Assembly: GCF_047600905.1 (NCBI RefSeq) | Contig: NZ_JASGKD010000001.1 | Coordinates: forward strand, 3,033,949 to 3,097,948 | Reading direction: 5' to 3' | Length of the DNA: 64,000 nt | Origin: Hyphomicrobium sp. | GTDB lineage: Bacteria; Pseudomonadota; Alphaproteobacteria; Rhizobiales; Hyphomicrobiaceae | Shown: one piece after another, positions 9,866-19,497 of the stretch | Position numbering within the stretch: the first letter of the stretch is position 1 | How the letters are laid out: every line of letters begins with the position of its first letter | Made by a program: the position numbers and the translations under genes | Notes under the pieces: model-generated | Told to the model about the DNA's origin: nothing | What the model saw: the letters and a program-made list of their open reading frames with translations, nothing else | Database searches by the model: none

Positions 9866-10621
9866 ATGTACGGTCAATTCGATCTTATCACACTGATTGC
9901 TCTCATCGTTGCCGTTGCGGCGATCATCAAGCTCAGGAGCGTGCTTGGCCAGCGCACCGACGAAGACGAGCAGCGCGTCGAGCGGCTGAAAACGCGCGAG
10001 CGCGAAGCGGCGCAGCGGCCGGCGACCGAAACCGCGTCGGCGGATGTCATCTCGATGCCGCGTCGCGATCGCGAGCCGGTGCCGGCTGCTCCGGCGGCGG
10101 AAGTGGCGGGGCCGAGCGTCGAAGCGAAGATTCGCGCCTATCCGGTGCAGGACCCGGCGGTTACCGCCGGGCTGCTCGATATTGCCAAGTTTGATCCGGC
10201 GCTCGATCCCGACACATTCATCGCGGGCGCTGGGCGCGCCTACGAGATGATCGTTTCGGCTTTCGCCGAGGGCAATCGCCGGGCGTTGAAAGATCTTTTG
10301 AGCAAAGAGGTCTACGACGGCTTCACGTCCGCCATCGCTGATCGCGAGGCGCGGGGCGAGACGATCGAGCAGCAGTTCGTCGGCATCAAGAAGGCCGATA
10401 TCATCGAAGCCGAGGTGAAGAACGGCACGGCATTCGTGACCGTCCGCTTCGTGAGCGAACTCATCTCGGCGACGCACGACAAGTCTGGCCAGGTTATCTC
10501 GGGTGACGCCCAAAGGATCAAAGACGTCACCGATATCTGGACCTTCAGCCGCGATATCTCGACGGCCAAGGCGCGCAGCAATCCGAACTGGCGGCTGGTT
10601 GCAACACAGGCGCCGAATTAA
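9866..10621 (+). CDS. Tim44/TimA family putative adaptor protein
   Basis: LRSVLG.RT, FIAGA..AYEMIV.AF, DIWTF.R, NPNWRLVAT. Confidence 0.9.
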   Translation: MYGQFDLITLIALIVAVAAIIKLRSVLGQRTDEDEQRVERLKTREREAAQRPATETASADVISMPRRDREPVPAAPAAEVAGPSVEAKIRAYPVQDPAVTAGLLDIAKFDPALDPDTFIAGAGRAYEMIVSAFAEGNRRALKDLLSKEVYDGFTSAIADREARGETIEQQFVGIKKADIIEAEVKNGTAFVTVRFVSELISATHDKSGQVISGDAQRIKDVTDIWTFSRDISTAKARSNPNWRLVATQAPN

Positions 10622-10632
10622 GCTGCGGTTAA
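10618..10632. promoter_or_regulatory. CtrA-type box upstream of mltA
   Basis: TTAA-GCTGCGG-TTAA, exact TTAA-N7-TTAA. Confidence 0.5.
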
Positions 10633-10714
10633 TCAGGAAATGTTTTCCTGGCGGCTTCGACGCCCGCTATAAATTGCTGATGTAAAGCGTAGGTCGGGCA
10701 CCGGGGGGCGCCTT

Positions 10715-12022
10715 TTGACCAGGTGTGCGTATCACCCGAGATCCTGGCGGGCCGGCCATTGCGTGGCGCTGGCCCTCGCGTCGTTTCTGTTGCAAATTTC
10801 GATCATATGCGGGCCGGCTCCGGCCGCCGCCGACTCCAGCGCTTCTCAGGGAAAAGCTCCGCCTGTCATGGCGCCCAGTGCCGTCACGTTCGAGCCAGTG
10901 GCTTTCAGCGATCTCCCGGGCTGGAACGAGGATGATCATCTGGCGGCGTGGAAGGCTTTTCTGGCATCGTGCAAGCCGATCTTGAGAGCTGCGGCGGCCA
11001 AGCCGGACAACGCAGGCTCGCCTCAAGCGCTCGTCGATATCTGCGGGCGCGCCGTTACGATGGCGAAATCAAAATCGATCCGGACGCGCAACGAGGCGCG
11101 GCAGTTCTTCGAAGCGAATTTCCGACCGCATCACATTTCCGGCGGCGATCCGCAAGGGCTCCTGACCGGCTACTACGAGCCGCTGGTCAAAGGTTCGCGC
11201 ACGCCGACTAAAACCTTCAAGGTGCCGATCTATCGCCGGCCGCCGGATCTCGTGAACGTGGTGGCGGAGAGCGAGCGCGGGGCGAAATCGGGTTCGTTCA
11301 CGCATCAGCGCAAGACCGAACGGGGCCTTGAGCCCTATCTGACGCGCGAAGAGATCGAGCAGGGCGGGCTCGCGGGGCATGGGCTCGAGCTTCTCTATCT
11401 CAAGGATCCGGTCGACGTCTTTTTCATGCAGGTCCAGGGCTCGGGCCGCATTCAACTGCCGGACGGAGAAAAGATCCGTGTCACCTACGATGGTAAGAAC
11501 GGTTACCCCTATACCTCGGTCGGAAAAGTGCTGATCGCGGACGGGCACCTCACTGCCGAAGAGATGTCGCTCAAGTCGCTGAAAGGCTGGCTCAAGGCCG
11601 ACAAGGAGCGCGCGAAACCGGTGCTGTGGAAGAACAAGTCCTACGTGTTCTTTCGCGAGCTTTCGGGCGAGGAAGCGAATGGCCCGATGGGCGTCATGGG
11701 TATTCCGCTGCAGACGGGGCGGAGCTTGGCGGTCGATACGAGTTACTATTCGATCGGTACGCCGATCTATGTCGACGCTCCGGAAATCAAACACGCAACG
11801 AAATCGGGTGCCTTCCGCCGGTTGATGGTGGCGCAGGATGTCGGCTCGGCCATCAAGGGCACGGAGCGCGGCGACATCTATTTTGGTTCCGGCGATGAAG
11901 CAGGCCGCATTGCCGGGTGCACCAAGCATCCAGGCCATCTCTATGCGTTGTTGCCAGTCGAAGACGAAAGTGGCGGCATCGCCGTTGTTCCGGACCCGAA
12001 GACGGCGAGCATGAATCCGTGA
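10715..12022 (+). CDS. mltA: Membrane-bound lytic murein transglycosylase A
   Basis: LLTGYYEP, FFMQVQGSG, SYVFF, RSLAVD, AQDVGSAIKG..RGDIYFGSG (3D domain); start uncertain. Confidence 0.93.
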   Translation: MTRCAYHPRSWRAGHCVALALASFLLQISIICGPAPAAADSSASQGKAPPVMAPSAVTFEPVAFSDLPGWNEDDHLAAWKAFLASCKPILRAAAAKPDNAGSPQALVDICGRAVTMAKSKSIRTRNEARQFFEANFRPHHISGGDPQGLLTGYYEPLVKGSRTPTKTFKVPIYRRPPDLVNVVAESERGAKSGSFTHQRKTERGLEPYLTREEIEQGGLAGHGLELLYLKDPVDVFFMQVQGSGRIQLPDGEKIRVTYDGKNGYPYTSVGKVLIADGHLTAEEMSLKSLKGWLKADKERAKPVLWKNKSYVFFRELSGEEANGPMGVMGIPLQTGRSLAVDTSYYSIGTPIYVDAPEIKHATKSGAFRRLMVAQDVGSAIKGTERGDIYFGSGDEAGRIAGCTKHPGHLYALLPVEDESGGIAVVPDPKTASMNP

Positions 12023-12654
12023 AGAAGCCGCACGGGCAGGGCAGCGCCAAAAAAGGCGGATCGGGCCGGGACGATGATCACGAGGTCTGGGAATATGCGG
12101 CGGCGACGGTCGAGCCGCTGAAGCGCGCCAAGGGCCGCTTTCATCCGGCGAGCGATGCGGTGAAGTCCGCGCCTTCAAAGCCGAAGGTTGCAGGCGGCGC
12201 CGAGCCTCCGACGGTCAAGCATCGGGCCGCTGCGGCAGCGCCGCCGATTTCGGCCGCAAAACCGGCGCGCGCGACGGCACCGGACCTTGCCGGGTTCGAT
12301 CGCAACAGCGCGCGAAAAATTCGTGGTGGGCGGCTCGAAATCGAAGCCCGCGTCGATCTTCACGGCATGCGCCAGCACGAAGCGCATGCGGCACTCAAAC
12401 GTTTTCTTCTGAGCTGCCAGAGCCGCGGCCTGCGCTACGTTCTGATCATCACCGGCAAAGGCAAGGCCATCGGCTTGCAGGCGTCTCATATCGGGGAAGC
12501 GGATCGCGAGCGCGGGATTTTGAAGCGAAACGTTCCGCGCTGGCTCGAAGAGCCGGATCTGAGGGCGGTTGTCGTCAGCTTCACGACGGCGGCGATCCAG
12601 CATGGCGGCGAAGGCGCGATCTACGTGCATCTTCGTTCGAAAAATCGCAGCTAG
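12019..12654 (+). CDS. Smr/MutS2 C-terminal domain protein
   Basis: VDLHGM, LIITGKG, HGGEGAIYV; GTG start overlapping mltA stop. Confidence 0.92.
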   Translation: MKKPHGQGSAKKGGSGRDDDHEVWEYAAATVEPLKRAKGRFHPASDAVKSAPSKPKVAGGAEPPTVKHRAAAAAPPISAAKPARATAPDLAGFDRNSARKIRGGRLEIEARVDLHGMRQHEAHAALKRFLLSCQSRGLRYVLIITGKGKAIGLQASHIGEADRERGILKRNVPRWLEEPDLRAVVVSFTTAAIQHGGEGAIYVHLRSKNRS

Positions 12655-13163
12655 AAGCAGGTGTCCTGCAACTTCTGAAGCGCCTGGCCGATGCCGTTCA
12701 GGGAATAGGTGTCGGTGATTGGCGGGCCGCTGTCGGGGGAAGCGGCGATCGACATCGATGCGCCCTTGCGCATGGCCTCGACGAGTTTCAGCTCGCGCGT
12801 CGAATCGGAGACGTAGACGCGATCGCCGGAACCAAAAAGCCGGAAGTTCGAAGGGCTGACGATCGCGGTGCCCGGCGTGCCCTTCTTGATGCGAAAGCCC
12901 ATGCGGAAGGAAACTTCGGCGCGGATGCCGTCCTTGGGCCACGCGGAGATATAGGCGCGGGGCGATTGGCGCTGGGCGTCGTTCGGCTGGCTCGATTTCG
13001 GTTCGCTGGTGACGAAGCAGAAAAGGTGCGGCGTGTTCGCGTCGGTCATCAGCGACCAGTCGCCATAGGTGCCGGCGAGCGTGACCTGCTCGGCTGCGCG
13101 GGCCGTGCAGGGTGCTGCGAGGGCGCAGATCAGGACCGCCAAGATGTTCGACGCACTGCGCAT
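12651..13163 (-). CDS. Invasion-associated locus B (IalB)-like exported protein
   Basis: Signal peptide, GTYGDW, LVEAMRKG, DTYSLNG, terminal Cys. Confidence 0.7.
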   Translation of the reverse strand: MRSASNILAVLICALAAPCTARAAEQVTLAGTYGDWSLMTDANTPHLFCFVTSEPKSSQPNDAQRQSPRAYISAWPKDGIRAEVSFRMGFRIKKGTPGTAIVSPSNFRLFGSGDRVYVSDSTRELKLVEAMRKGASMSIAASPDSGPPITDTYSLNGIGQALQKLQDTCF

Positions 13164-13670
13164 TCAGGGCCCCCCTTCGCCGATCGGACGATCGGCGAAC
13201 CGCGCCAGCGATTTGATACGGTCATACATCACGATTGCACCTGCCATCGCGACATTGACGCAAAAGGCTGTCGGGATCTTGACGACGTAGTCGCAGCGTT
13301 CAAGGAGGGGCTCTGACAATGAGCCTAGCTCCGGGCCGAGCACATAGGCCGCCCGCAGCGGATGGCGAAAGCTCGGCAAGTCGACCGCGTCGTCGAGAAG
13401 CTCGATGCCGACGAGCTTGCAGCCTCCGGGCAACGCCATGTCGTCAAGGCTCGCCCAGTTGTAATGGGGCAGATGAAGCTGGCTTTTCGACGTATCGGCA
13501 TGGGCTTCGACGGCCTTGTAGGTGGCGCCGACGGTGAAGGTGAATGCCGCGCCGAATGCGTGCGCCGACCGCATCAGGTTGCCGAGGTTCAGCGACTTCG
13601 ACATGCGCTCGGCGCCGATGGCGAAATAACCCTTCGGATGCGGCGGCCATGTGGTCGCTTTTCTTGACAT
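13164..13670 (-). CDS. SpoU/TrmH-family RNA methyltransferase
   Basis: NLGNLMRSAHAFG, YVLGPE.GSL, NVAMAGAIVMYDR. Confidence 0.9.
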   Translation of the reverse strand: MSRKATTWPPHPKGYFAIGAERMSKSLNLGNLMRSAHAFGAAFTFTVGATYKAVEAHADTSKSQLHLPHYNWASLDDMALPGGCKLVGIELLDDAVDLPSFRHPLRAAYVLGPELGSLSEPLLERCDYVVKIPTAFCVNVAMAGAIVMYDRIKSLARFADRPIGEGGP

Positions 13671-13721
13671 TCGGTTCCGCTCGTGTGTGTCAGAGGTCAT
13701 ACAGCGAGTGGGACGTCACAT

Positions 13722-14699
13722 ATGAAGGCAGCTCTTTGCAAGCGTCTTGACGGGCCGGCGGGTCTGGTCGTCGAAACGCGGCCGGAACCCGTCGCGCGCG
13801 AGGGCGAGGCCATCATCCGGGTGGCGGCGGCCGGGCTCAATTTCGCCGATACGCTGATTACGCGCGGAAAATATCAATTCAAGCCGGAATTGCCATTTTC
13901 GCCGGGCGCGGAAATCGCGGGCGTGGTCGACGCGGTGGAACCGAACGAGTTCGGGATTCACGTGGAACAGCCGGTCATGGCCTATGTCAACTGGGGTGGG
14001 GCGGCGGAAAAGATCGCGGTCGATGTCAGCAAACTCGTGCCCATTCCTGCGGGCGTGCCGTTGACGGTGGCGGCCGGTCTTTCGGTGACCTATGGCACCG
14101 CGATTCACGGACTTGCAGATCGCGGCAAACTCAAAGCCGGCGAAACGGTCGTCGTCACCGGTGCGGCAGGCGGCGCGGGGCAGGCGGCGGTCGAGATCGC
14201 CAAGCTGATCGGCGCGCGCGTGATCGCGGTGGTGTCGTCGAACGACAAGGCGGCCGTGGCGCGAGCGGCGGGCGCGGACGAGATCATCCTGTTTCCCGGG
14301 TCGGACCTCAAAACCGAAGTGCGCAACCTGACGGGCGGCAACGGTGCCGACGTCGTCTATGATTGCGTCGGCGGGGAAGCCTCCGAGCCGCTTATCCGGG
14401 CGCTGGCGTGGCAAGGGCGGTTTCTGGTCGTCGGTTTTGCGGCGGGCGACATTCCGAAAATTCCGCTCAATCTGCTGCTGCTTCGGGGCGCGGAGATTGC
14501 GGGCGTTTTCTGGGGCGAAGCGGTGATGCGCGATCCTGCCGGGCATCGCGCCAACATGACGAAAGTCTTGGAGTGGGTGCGCGAGGGGCGGCTTCGCCCG
14601 CGCATCCATGGGACTTATCCACTCGACAAAATCGCCGAGGCCTTGAGCGTGCTCGATCGCCGCGAAGCGACAGGCAAGATCGTGATCACGATGGGCTGA
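13722..14699 (+). CDS. NADPH:quinone oxidoreductase family (MDR)
   Basis: GLNFAD, PFSPGAEIAG, TGAAGGAG, GKIVI. Confidence 0.92.
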   Translation: MKAALCKRLDGPAGLVVETRPEPVAREGEAIIRVAAAGLNFADTLITRGKYQFKPELPFSPGAEIAGVVDAVEPNEFGIHVEQPVMAYVNWGGAAEKIAVDVSKLVPIPAGVPLTVAAGLSVTYGTAIHGLADRGKLKAGETVVVTGAAGGAGQAAVEIAKLIGARVIAVVSSNDKAAVARAAGADEIILFPGSDLKTEVRNLTGGNGADVVYDCVGGEASEPLIRALAWQGRFLVVGFAAGDIPKIPLNLLLLRGAEIAGVFWGEAVMRDPAGHRANMTKVLEWVREGRLRPRIHGTYPLDKIAEALSVLDRREATGKIVITMG

Positions 14700-14708
14700 G
14701 GCCGTCTG

Positions 14709-15281
14709 CTACCAGCTTGCTTCGCCTTCGTCGGCGAGAAATTCCATGCCGCGCATCGGGAAGCTGTCCTCGATGCCGTACGGGCCCCCGCCGACGCCAG
14801 GGCGGGACGACAGCAGCAACGTGCGCGTGACAAAGAACGGCTCCGAGCGATAGCCGCTGTAACGCGACAGATAGCGGGCAACTGCCTCGACGTTCGAATG
14901 CTTCAGCCGGGCAAGCGTGACATGCGGTTTGAACGCACGGGTATCAGGCGGCAGGCCAGCATTGCGCGCTGCTTTCTCATGGGCGCGCGCCAGCTCTTCG
15001 AGCGCGGGGGTCGATTCAACGGCGGCGAAGATCGAATGCGGATCGTCGCCGCCGAAAGTGCCGAGACTCGACAGTCGCAATTCGAAGCCGTCGGGTTCGA
15101 TGCGCGCCAGATTGGCGATGAATTCGCGGGCCTCGACGTTGCCGATGTCGCCCGCAAAGCGCAGCGTGATGTGATAGTTTTCAGGCGCAATCCAACGCGC
15201 GCCGGGCAATGGCATGCGCAGGCGATGGAGCTCGTCGCGAATATCGTCGGGAAGCTCGATGGCGGTGAACAAGCGGGGCAT
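14709..15281 (-). CDS. thpR: RNA 2',3'-cyclic phosphodiesterase (2H family)
   Basis: PRLFTAI, two HxT motifs HITLRF and PHVTLAR. Confidence 0.92.
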   Translation of the reverse strand: MPRLFTAIELPDDIRDELHRLRMPLPGARWIAPENYHITLRFAGDIGNVEAREFIANLARIEPDGFELRLSSLGTFGGDDPHSIFAAVESTPALEELARAHEKAARNAGLPPDTRAFKPHVTLARLKHSNVEAVARYLSRYSGYRSEPFFVTRTLLLSSRPGVGGGPYGIEDSFPMRGMEFLADEGEASW

Positions 15282-15308
15282 ATTTTATGTCCTTGCTCGC
15301 AGGTAGAC

Positions 15309-16013
15309 TTACGGCGTGGCGCTTTTTTCGCTCGCCTGAGATTTTTCAACGCCGGAGATCAGCGCTTCGACGTCGGGCAGAATGCGTTTCACGATCTCGG
15401 CGACGCCCTTGCCGGTCGGGTGCAGTCCGTCAGGCTGCGTGAAGGATGGATCGAGCGCGACGCCTTCGAGAAAAAACGGATAAAGCGGAACATCGTATTT
15501 CTTGGCGAGGTCGGGGAAGATCGCGTCGAAATTTTTAGTGTAATCGGCGCCCCAGTTGTTCGGGGCTTTCATGCCTGTCAAAAGAACCGGAATGCCCTTG
15601 GCTTTGAGGTCGTCGAGCATTTTTTCAAGGTTGGTGCGCGGGATTTTCGGATCGAGGCCGCGAAGCGCGTCGTTGGCGCCGAGTTCGAGAATAACGGCGT
15701 CGGGTTTGGGATCGAGCGCCCAGTCGAGACGCTCCAAGCCGCCCGAAGTGGTATCGCCAGAAACGCCGGCGTTGGTGATGGTGACCTTGTGTCCTTTGGC
15801 CTCAAGCGCCATCTGAAGCTGGGCCGGGAAGGATTCGCTCGTTTTGACGCCGTAGCCGGCGGTGAGACTGTCGCCGAAGGCGACGATCGAAATCGGGCGC
15901 GACGAAGCGGCGGTTGCGGTGTTCACCAGAGGGGCCATGATCGCGAACGAGAGCAAAAGGCAAAACGCGCGTTTCGCGAGCCAATCGGGGACAAGAGGAG
16001 ATTTCATGGTCAT
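15309..16013 (-). CDS. SGNH/GDSL arylesterase (TesA-like), exported
   Basis: FGDSLTAGYG, NAGVSGDTT, ELGANDALRG, DGLHP. Confidence 0.93.
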   Translation of the reverse strand: MTMKSPLVPDWLAKRAFCLLLSFAIMAPLVNTATAASSRPISIVAFGDSLTAGYGVKTSESFPAQLQMALEAKGHKVTITNAGVSGDTTSGGLERLDWALDPKPDAVILELGANDALRGLDPKIPRTNLEKMLDDLKAKGIPVLLTGMKAPNNWGADYTKNFDAIFPDLAKKYDVPLYPFFLEGVALDPSFTQPDGLHPTGKGVAEIVKRILPDVEALISGVEKSQASEKSATP

Positions 16014-16107
16014 GTCTCGGCCCCATCAATCACACAATTCTTGAGCTGACGTAGAGGCTCAATGTGAACGGCACAAGTCCGATACGACAACCGCGGGGCA
16101 TTCTAGC

Positions 16108-16818
16108 TTGAGCGATCCGATCATTAAACTCGACAATGTGCATTTAACGCTGACGAGCCGGGCCGGTCCCGTGCATATTTTGCGCGGCATTTCGCTCAGC
16201 ATTCCGCGCGGGCAGACGGCGGCGATCGTCGGCCCTTCCGGGTCAGGCAAGACGTCGCTGTTGATGCTGATGGCCGGTCTTGAACGGGTGACGGGTGGAC
16301 GGATTGCCGTTTCGGGCCGGGATCTCGGGCCGCTCAGCGAGGACGAACTCTCGGTTTTGCGAGGGGCGGAGATGGGCATCGTGTTCCAGTCTTTCCATCT
16401 GGTGCCGACGATGACGGCGCTCGAAAACGTGGCGCTGCCGATGGAATTGGCGGGCGAAGACAAGGCGTTCGAGACAGCGCGAGAGCTGCTGACGGAAGTC
16501 GGACTTGCGGCCCGTGTCGATCATTTTCCAGCCGAGCTTTCAGGCGGAGAGCAGCAGCGCGTCGCGATCGCGCGGGCCTTGTCACGCTCGCCGAACATTC
16601 TTTTCGCCGATGAGCCGACCGGCAATCTCGACGGCCGGACCGGAAAGCAGATCGTCGATCTGTTGTTCGGCCTGCGAGAGCGGCGTGGCACCACGCTCGT
16701 TATCGTTACGCATGACAATAAGCTTGCGGCGATGACGGACCGGGTGATCCGCATGGCGGACGGCAATATCGTCGCGGACGAGAGTGCGGCATCGGTCAAG
16801 CAAGCGGTGTCATCGTGA
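16108..16818 (+). CDS. ABC transporter ATP-binding protein (YbbA-like)
   Basis: GPSGSGKT, LSGGEQQRVAIARA, ADEPTGNLD; divergent from the esterase. Confidence 0.95.
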   Translation: MSDPIIKLDNVHLTLTSRAGPVHILRGISLSIPRGQTAAIVGPSGSGKTSLLMLMAGLERVTGGRIAVSGRDLGPLSEDELSVLRGAEMGIVFQSFHLVPTMTALENVALPMELAGEDKAFETARELLTEVGLAARVDHFPAELSGGEQQRVAIARALSRSPNILFADEPTGNLDGRTGKQIVDLLFGLRERRGTTLVIVTHDNKLAAMTDRVIRMADGNIVADESAASVKQAVSS

Positions 16819-19394
16819 CGGCGCTGATGGGTATCGAAGGGTCTTTGCGACCGCGGCGCGCGAGCGTTTCGACGATCGTTCGGCTCGGCCTGCGCGAATT
16901 GCGCAACGGCTTCGACGGTTTTCGCATTTTCATCGCCTGCCTGGCGCTCGGCGTGATGGTCATCGCGGCGGTCGGAGCGCTGGCGGATGCGTTGCGTGCC
17001 GGGCTTGTGACGCAAGGAGAGACGCTGCTCGGCGGAGACGTGACGTTCGCGCGCATGCACATCCGCGCGACGCCGGAGGATATCGATGTCTTTCGCGGGC
17101 TCGGTCGCGTGAGCGAAACGGCAACAATGCGGACGATGGCGCGGCGCGCCGATGGCGCCGATCAGGCGCTTGCCGAGCTAAAGGGCGTTGACGGCTCGTA
17201 TCCGCTCGCGGGCGCCGCGACGGTAAAGGGCGGGGCTTCGTTTGCCGACGCTCTTTCAGGAAACGGCGCCATCGTCGATGCGATGCTGCTCGACCGGCTC
17301 GGCCTCAAGGTCGGCGATCCGTTGCGGATCGGCGAAACGGATCTCGTCGTCAAGGGTATTCTTGATTCCGAGCCCGATGCGATCGTCGATCGCCTGACGT
17401 ATGGGCCACGCGTGTTCGTATCGCTGGCGACGCTTGAGAAGACGGCGCTCGTCAAGCCGGGGACACTCATCCGCTGGCGGTATGCAATCAAGCTTCCAAG
17501 CGGCGTTCCGGCCGACAGGACAGCGCTGGCGGATTTGCGCAGGACCGTCGGCGAAAAGCTGCCTGCTGGGGGTTACACGAGCGCCGACCGCTACGATCCG
17601 TCACCGCAGATCAGCCGCGCGCTCGAGCGGCTGCGGCAATTTCTGATTTTGATCGGGCTGGCGTCGCTGCTCGTCGGTGGCGTCGGCATCGCGAACGCGG
17701 TTTCGACGTTCATCGACCGGCGCATGAAGGTGATCGCGACGCTGAGAAGCGTAGGCGCGTCGGCGGCGCAGATCATGCAGATTTTTCTCGTGCAGCTCGT
17801 GGTGATGAGCGCGATCGGAATTGCGATCGGGCTGGCGCTGGGCGTCGTCGTGCCGTCGGTCATCGACGCGCTTTACGGCGACCTGCTGCCGGTGCGGATC
17901 AACGTCGAAGTTTCGGCGCAGAGCCTTTTGCTGGCGGCGCTTTATGGCCTGATCGTCGCGCTGCTGTTTGCGCTGTGGCCGTTAGGGCGAGCGGAAAACG
18001 TGCCTGCCACCGTGCTATTTCGCGATAGCGTCAGCACTGCTGCGGGCCGCCCGCGCAAGAGCCTGATGGCGCTGATGGGTGTTCTCGCCGCAGCGCTGGT
18101 CGCGATTGCAATATCGACGTCGGAGCCGCGCTCGATCGCGCTTTATATTCTTGGCGGGCTCGTCGTGATGCTGGCGGTGTTCGGCTGGCTCGGTGGGGCC
18201 ATCGGCAAGCTTGCGCGGCGGCTGCCACGGACGTCGCGTCCGGAGCTTGGACTGGCGCTGCGCAATATTGCGTCGCCCGATGGCCTGACGCGATCCGTCG
18301 TGCTGTCGCTCGGCACCGGTTTGACGCTGCTGGTCGTGGTGGCGCTTGCCAACGCGGCGTTGGTTGCGGATTTGCAAGACCGTCTGCCGGCGGAAGCGCC
18401 CGATTATTTTCTGCTCGACATTCCGCCGGGGGATTTTCAAGGCCTCAACGCGCGGATCGTGAAGGATGCGCCGGGCGCCAGCGTGGTGGAAGCGCCGATG
18501 TTGCGCGGCCGGATCGTTGCGGTGAAAGGAACGCCGGTCGAAGAGCTGAAATTTCCGTCCGATGCTCAGTGGGTGCTCAACGGCGATCGGGGCCTGACGT
18601 ACGCCGATGCTATTCCGGAAGGGTCGACGATCACGGCGGGGTCATGGTGGGGCAAGGATTACGACGGGCCGCCGCTCGTCTCGTTCGAGGGGGAGATTGC
18701 GAAGAAGCTCGGGCTTGGGCTCGGCGACGAGGTGACGATCAACGTGCTCGGTCGCAACATCACGGCCAAGGTCGCGAGCCTGCGCGACGTGAAGTGGGAA
18801 AGCATCGCGCTCAACTTCATCATGGTGTTTTCGCCGAACGCATTGCGGGCGGCGCCGCATAATCTGGTCGCGACCGTGCGGTTGCCGAAGGGCACGGCGG
18901 CGGGCGTCGAGACTGAAATGGTTCGCGATATCGGGCGGTCTTATCCGTCGGTCAGTGCCATTCGCGTGCGCGATGCGATCGATCAGTTCAGCCGGATCTT
19001 CGAGAAGGTGATGGTGGCGGTGCGTGTGGCGGGCAGTGTGACGTTGACGGCGGGTGCGCTGGTGCTTGCCGGCGCGATGGTGACGGCGCAGCGACGACGA
19101 ATTCAGGAGGCGGTCATCCTGAAGACGATCGGCGCCCGGCGGCGGCAAATTCTCGGCGCGCACGCCTGGGAGTATGCGCTGCTGGCGGCGATTGCCGCGG
19201 TGGTGGCGATCCTGCTCGGGGCGGCGATCGCCTGGGTTGCCGTTACGCGTGTCATGGAACTGGACTATGTTTTTGATTTAAATGCAGTTTTTGTTACACT
19301 GGGTGTCGCGGCCGCGATGATCGCGGTGTTCGGCGGTTTCGGGACGTGGCGGATTCTGAGGGCGCCCGCGGTAACTTATCTGCGTTCAGAATAA
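16815..19394 (+). CDS. ABC transporter permease (YbbP-like, two FtsX domains)
   Basis: 859 aa, two TM clusters; FRIFIACLALGV, APDYFLLDI, LKTIGA; overlaps ATPase stop. Confidence 0.92.
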   Translation: MTALMGIEGSLRPRRASVSTIVRLGLRELRNGFDGFRIFIACLALGVMVIAAVGALADALRAGLVTQGETLLGGDVTFARMHIRATPEDIDVFRGLGRVSETATMRTMARRADGADQALAELKGVDGSYPLAGAATVKGGASFADALSGNGAIVDAMLLDRLGLKVGDPLRIGETDLVVKGILDSEPDAIVDRLTYGPRVFVSLATLEKTALVKPGTLIRWRYAIKLPSGVPADRTALADLRRTVGEKLPAGGYTSADRYDPSPQISRALERLRQFLILIGLASLLVGGVGIANAVSTFIDRRMKVIATLRSVGASAAQIMQIFLVQLVVMSAIGIAIGLALGVVVPSVIDALYGDLLPVRINVEVSAQSLLLAALYGLIVALLFALWPLGRAENVPATVLFRDSVSTAAGRPRKSLMALMGVLAAALVAIAISTSEPRSIALYILGGLVVMLAVFGWLGGAIGKLARRLPRTSRPELGLALRNIASPDGLTRSVVLSLGTGLTLLVVVALANAALVADLQDRLPAEAPDYFLLDIPPGDFQGLNARIVKDAPGASVVEAPMLRGRIVAVKGTPVEELKFPSDAQWVLNGDRGLTYADAIPEGSTITAGSWWGKDYDGPPLVSFEGEIAKKLGLGLGDEVTINVLGRNITAKVASLRDVKWESIALNFIMVFSPNALRAAPHNLVATVRLPKGTAAGVETEMVRDIGRSYPSVSAIRVRDAIDQFSRIFEKVMVAVRVAGSVTLTAGALVLAGAMVTAQRRRIQEAVILKTIGARRRQILGAHAWEYALLAAIAAVVAILLGAAIAWVAVTRVMELDYVFDLNAVFVTLGVAAAMIAVFGGFGTWRILRAPAVTYLRSE

Positions 19395-19497
19395 AAGCAT
19401 TCTGCTTTTGGTTTCCGGATCTTGAAAGGTTTTGGAACCGGGATCATATGCTACGCAGGACCGGCGGATTGCCGGACAACACGAGGATTCGAGGACC

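Noticed and set aside
15309-19394. TesA-like esterase plus ABC transporter as a new system
   Set aside because: Matches the conserved tesA-ybbA-ybbP arrangement known from E. coli
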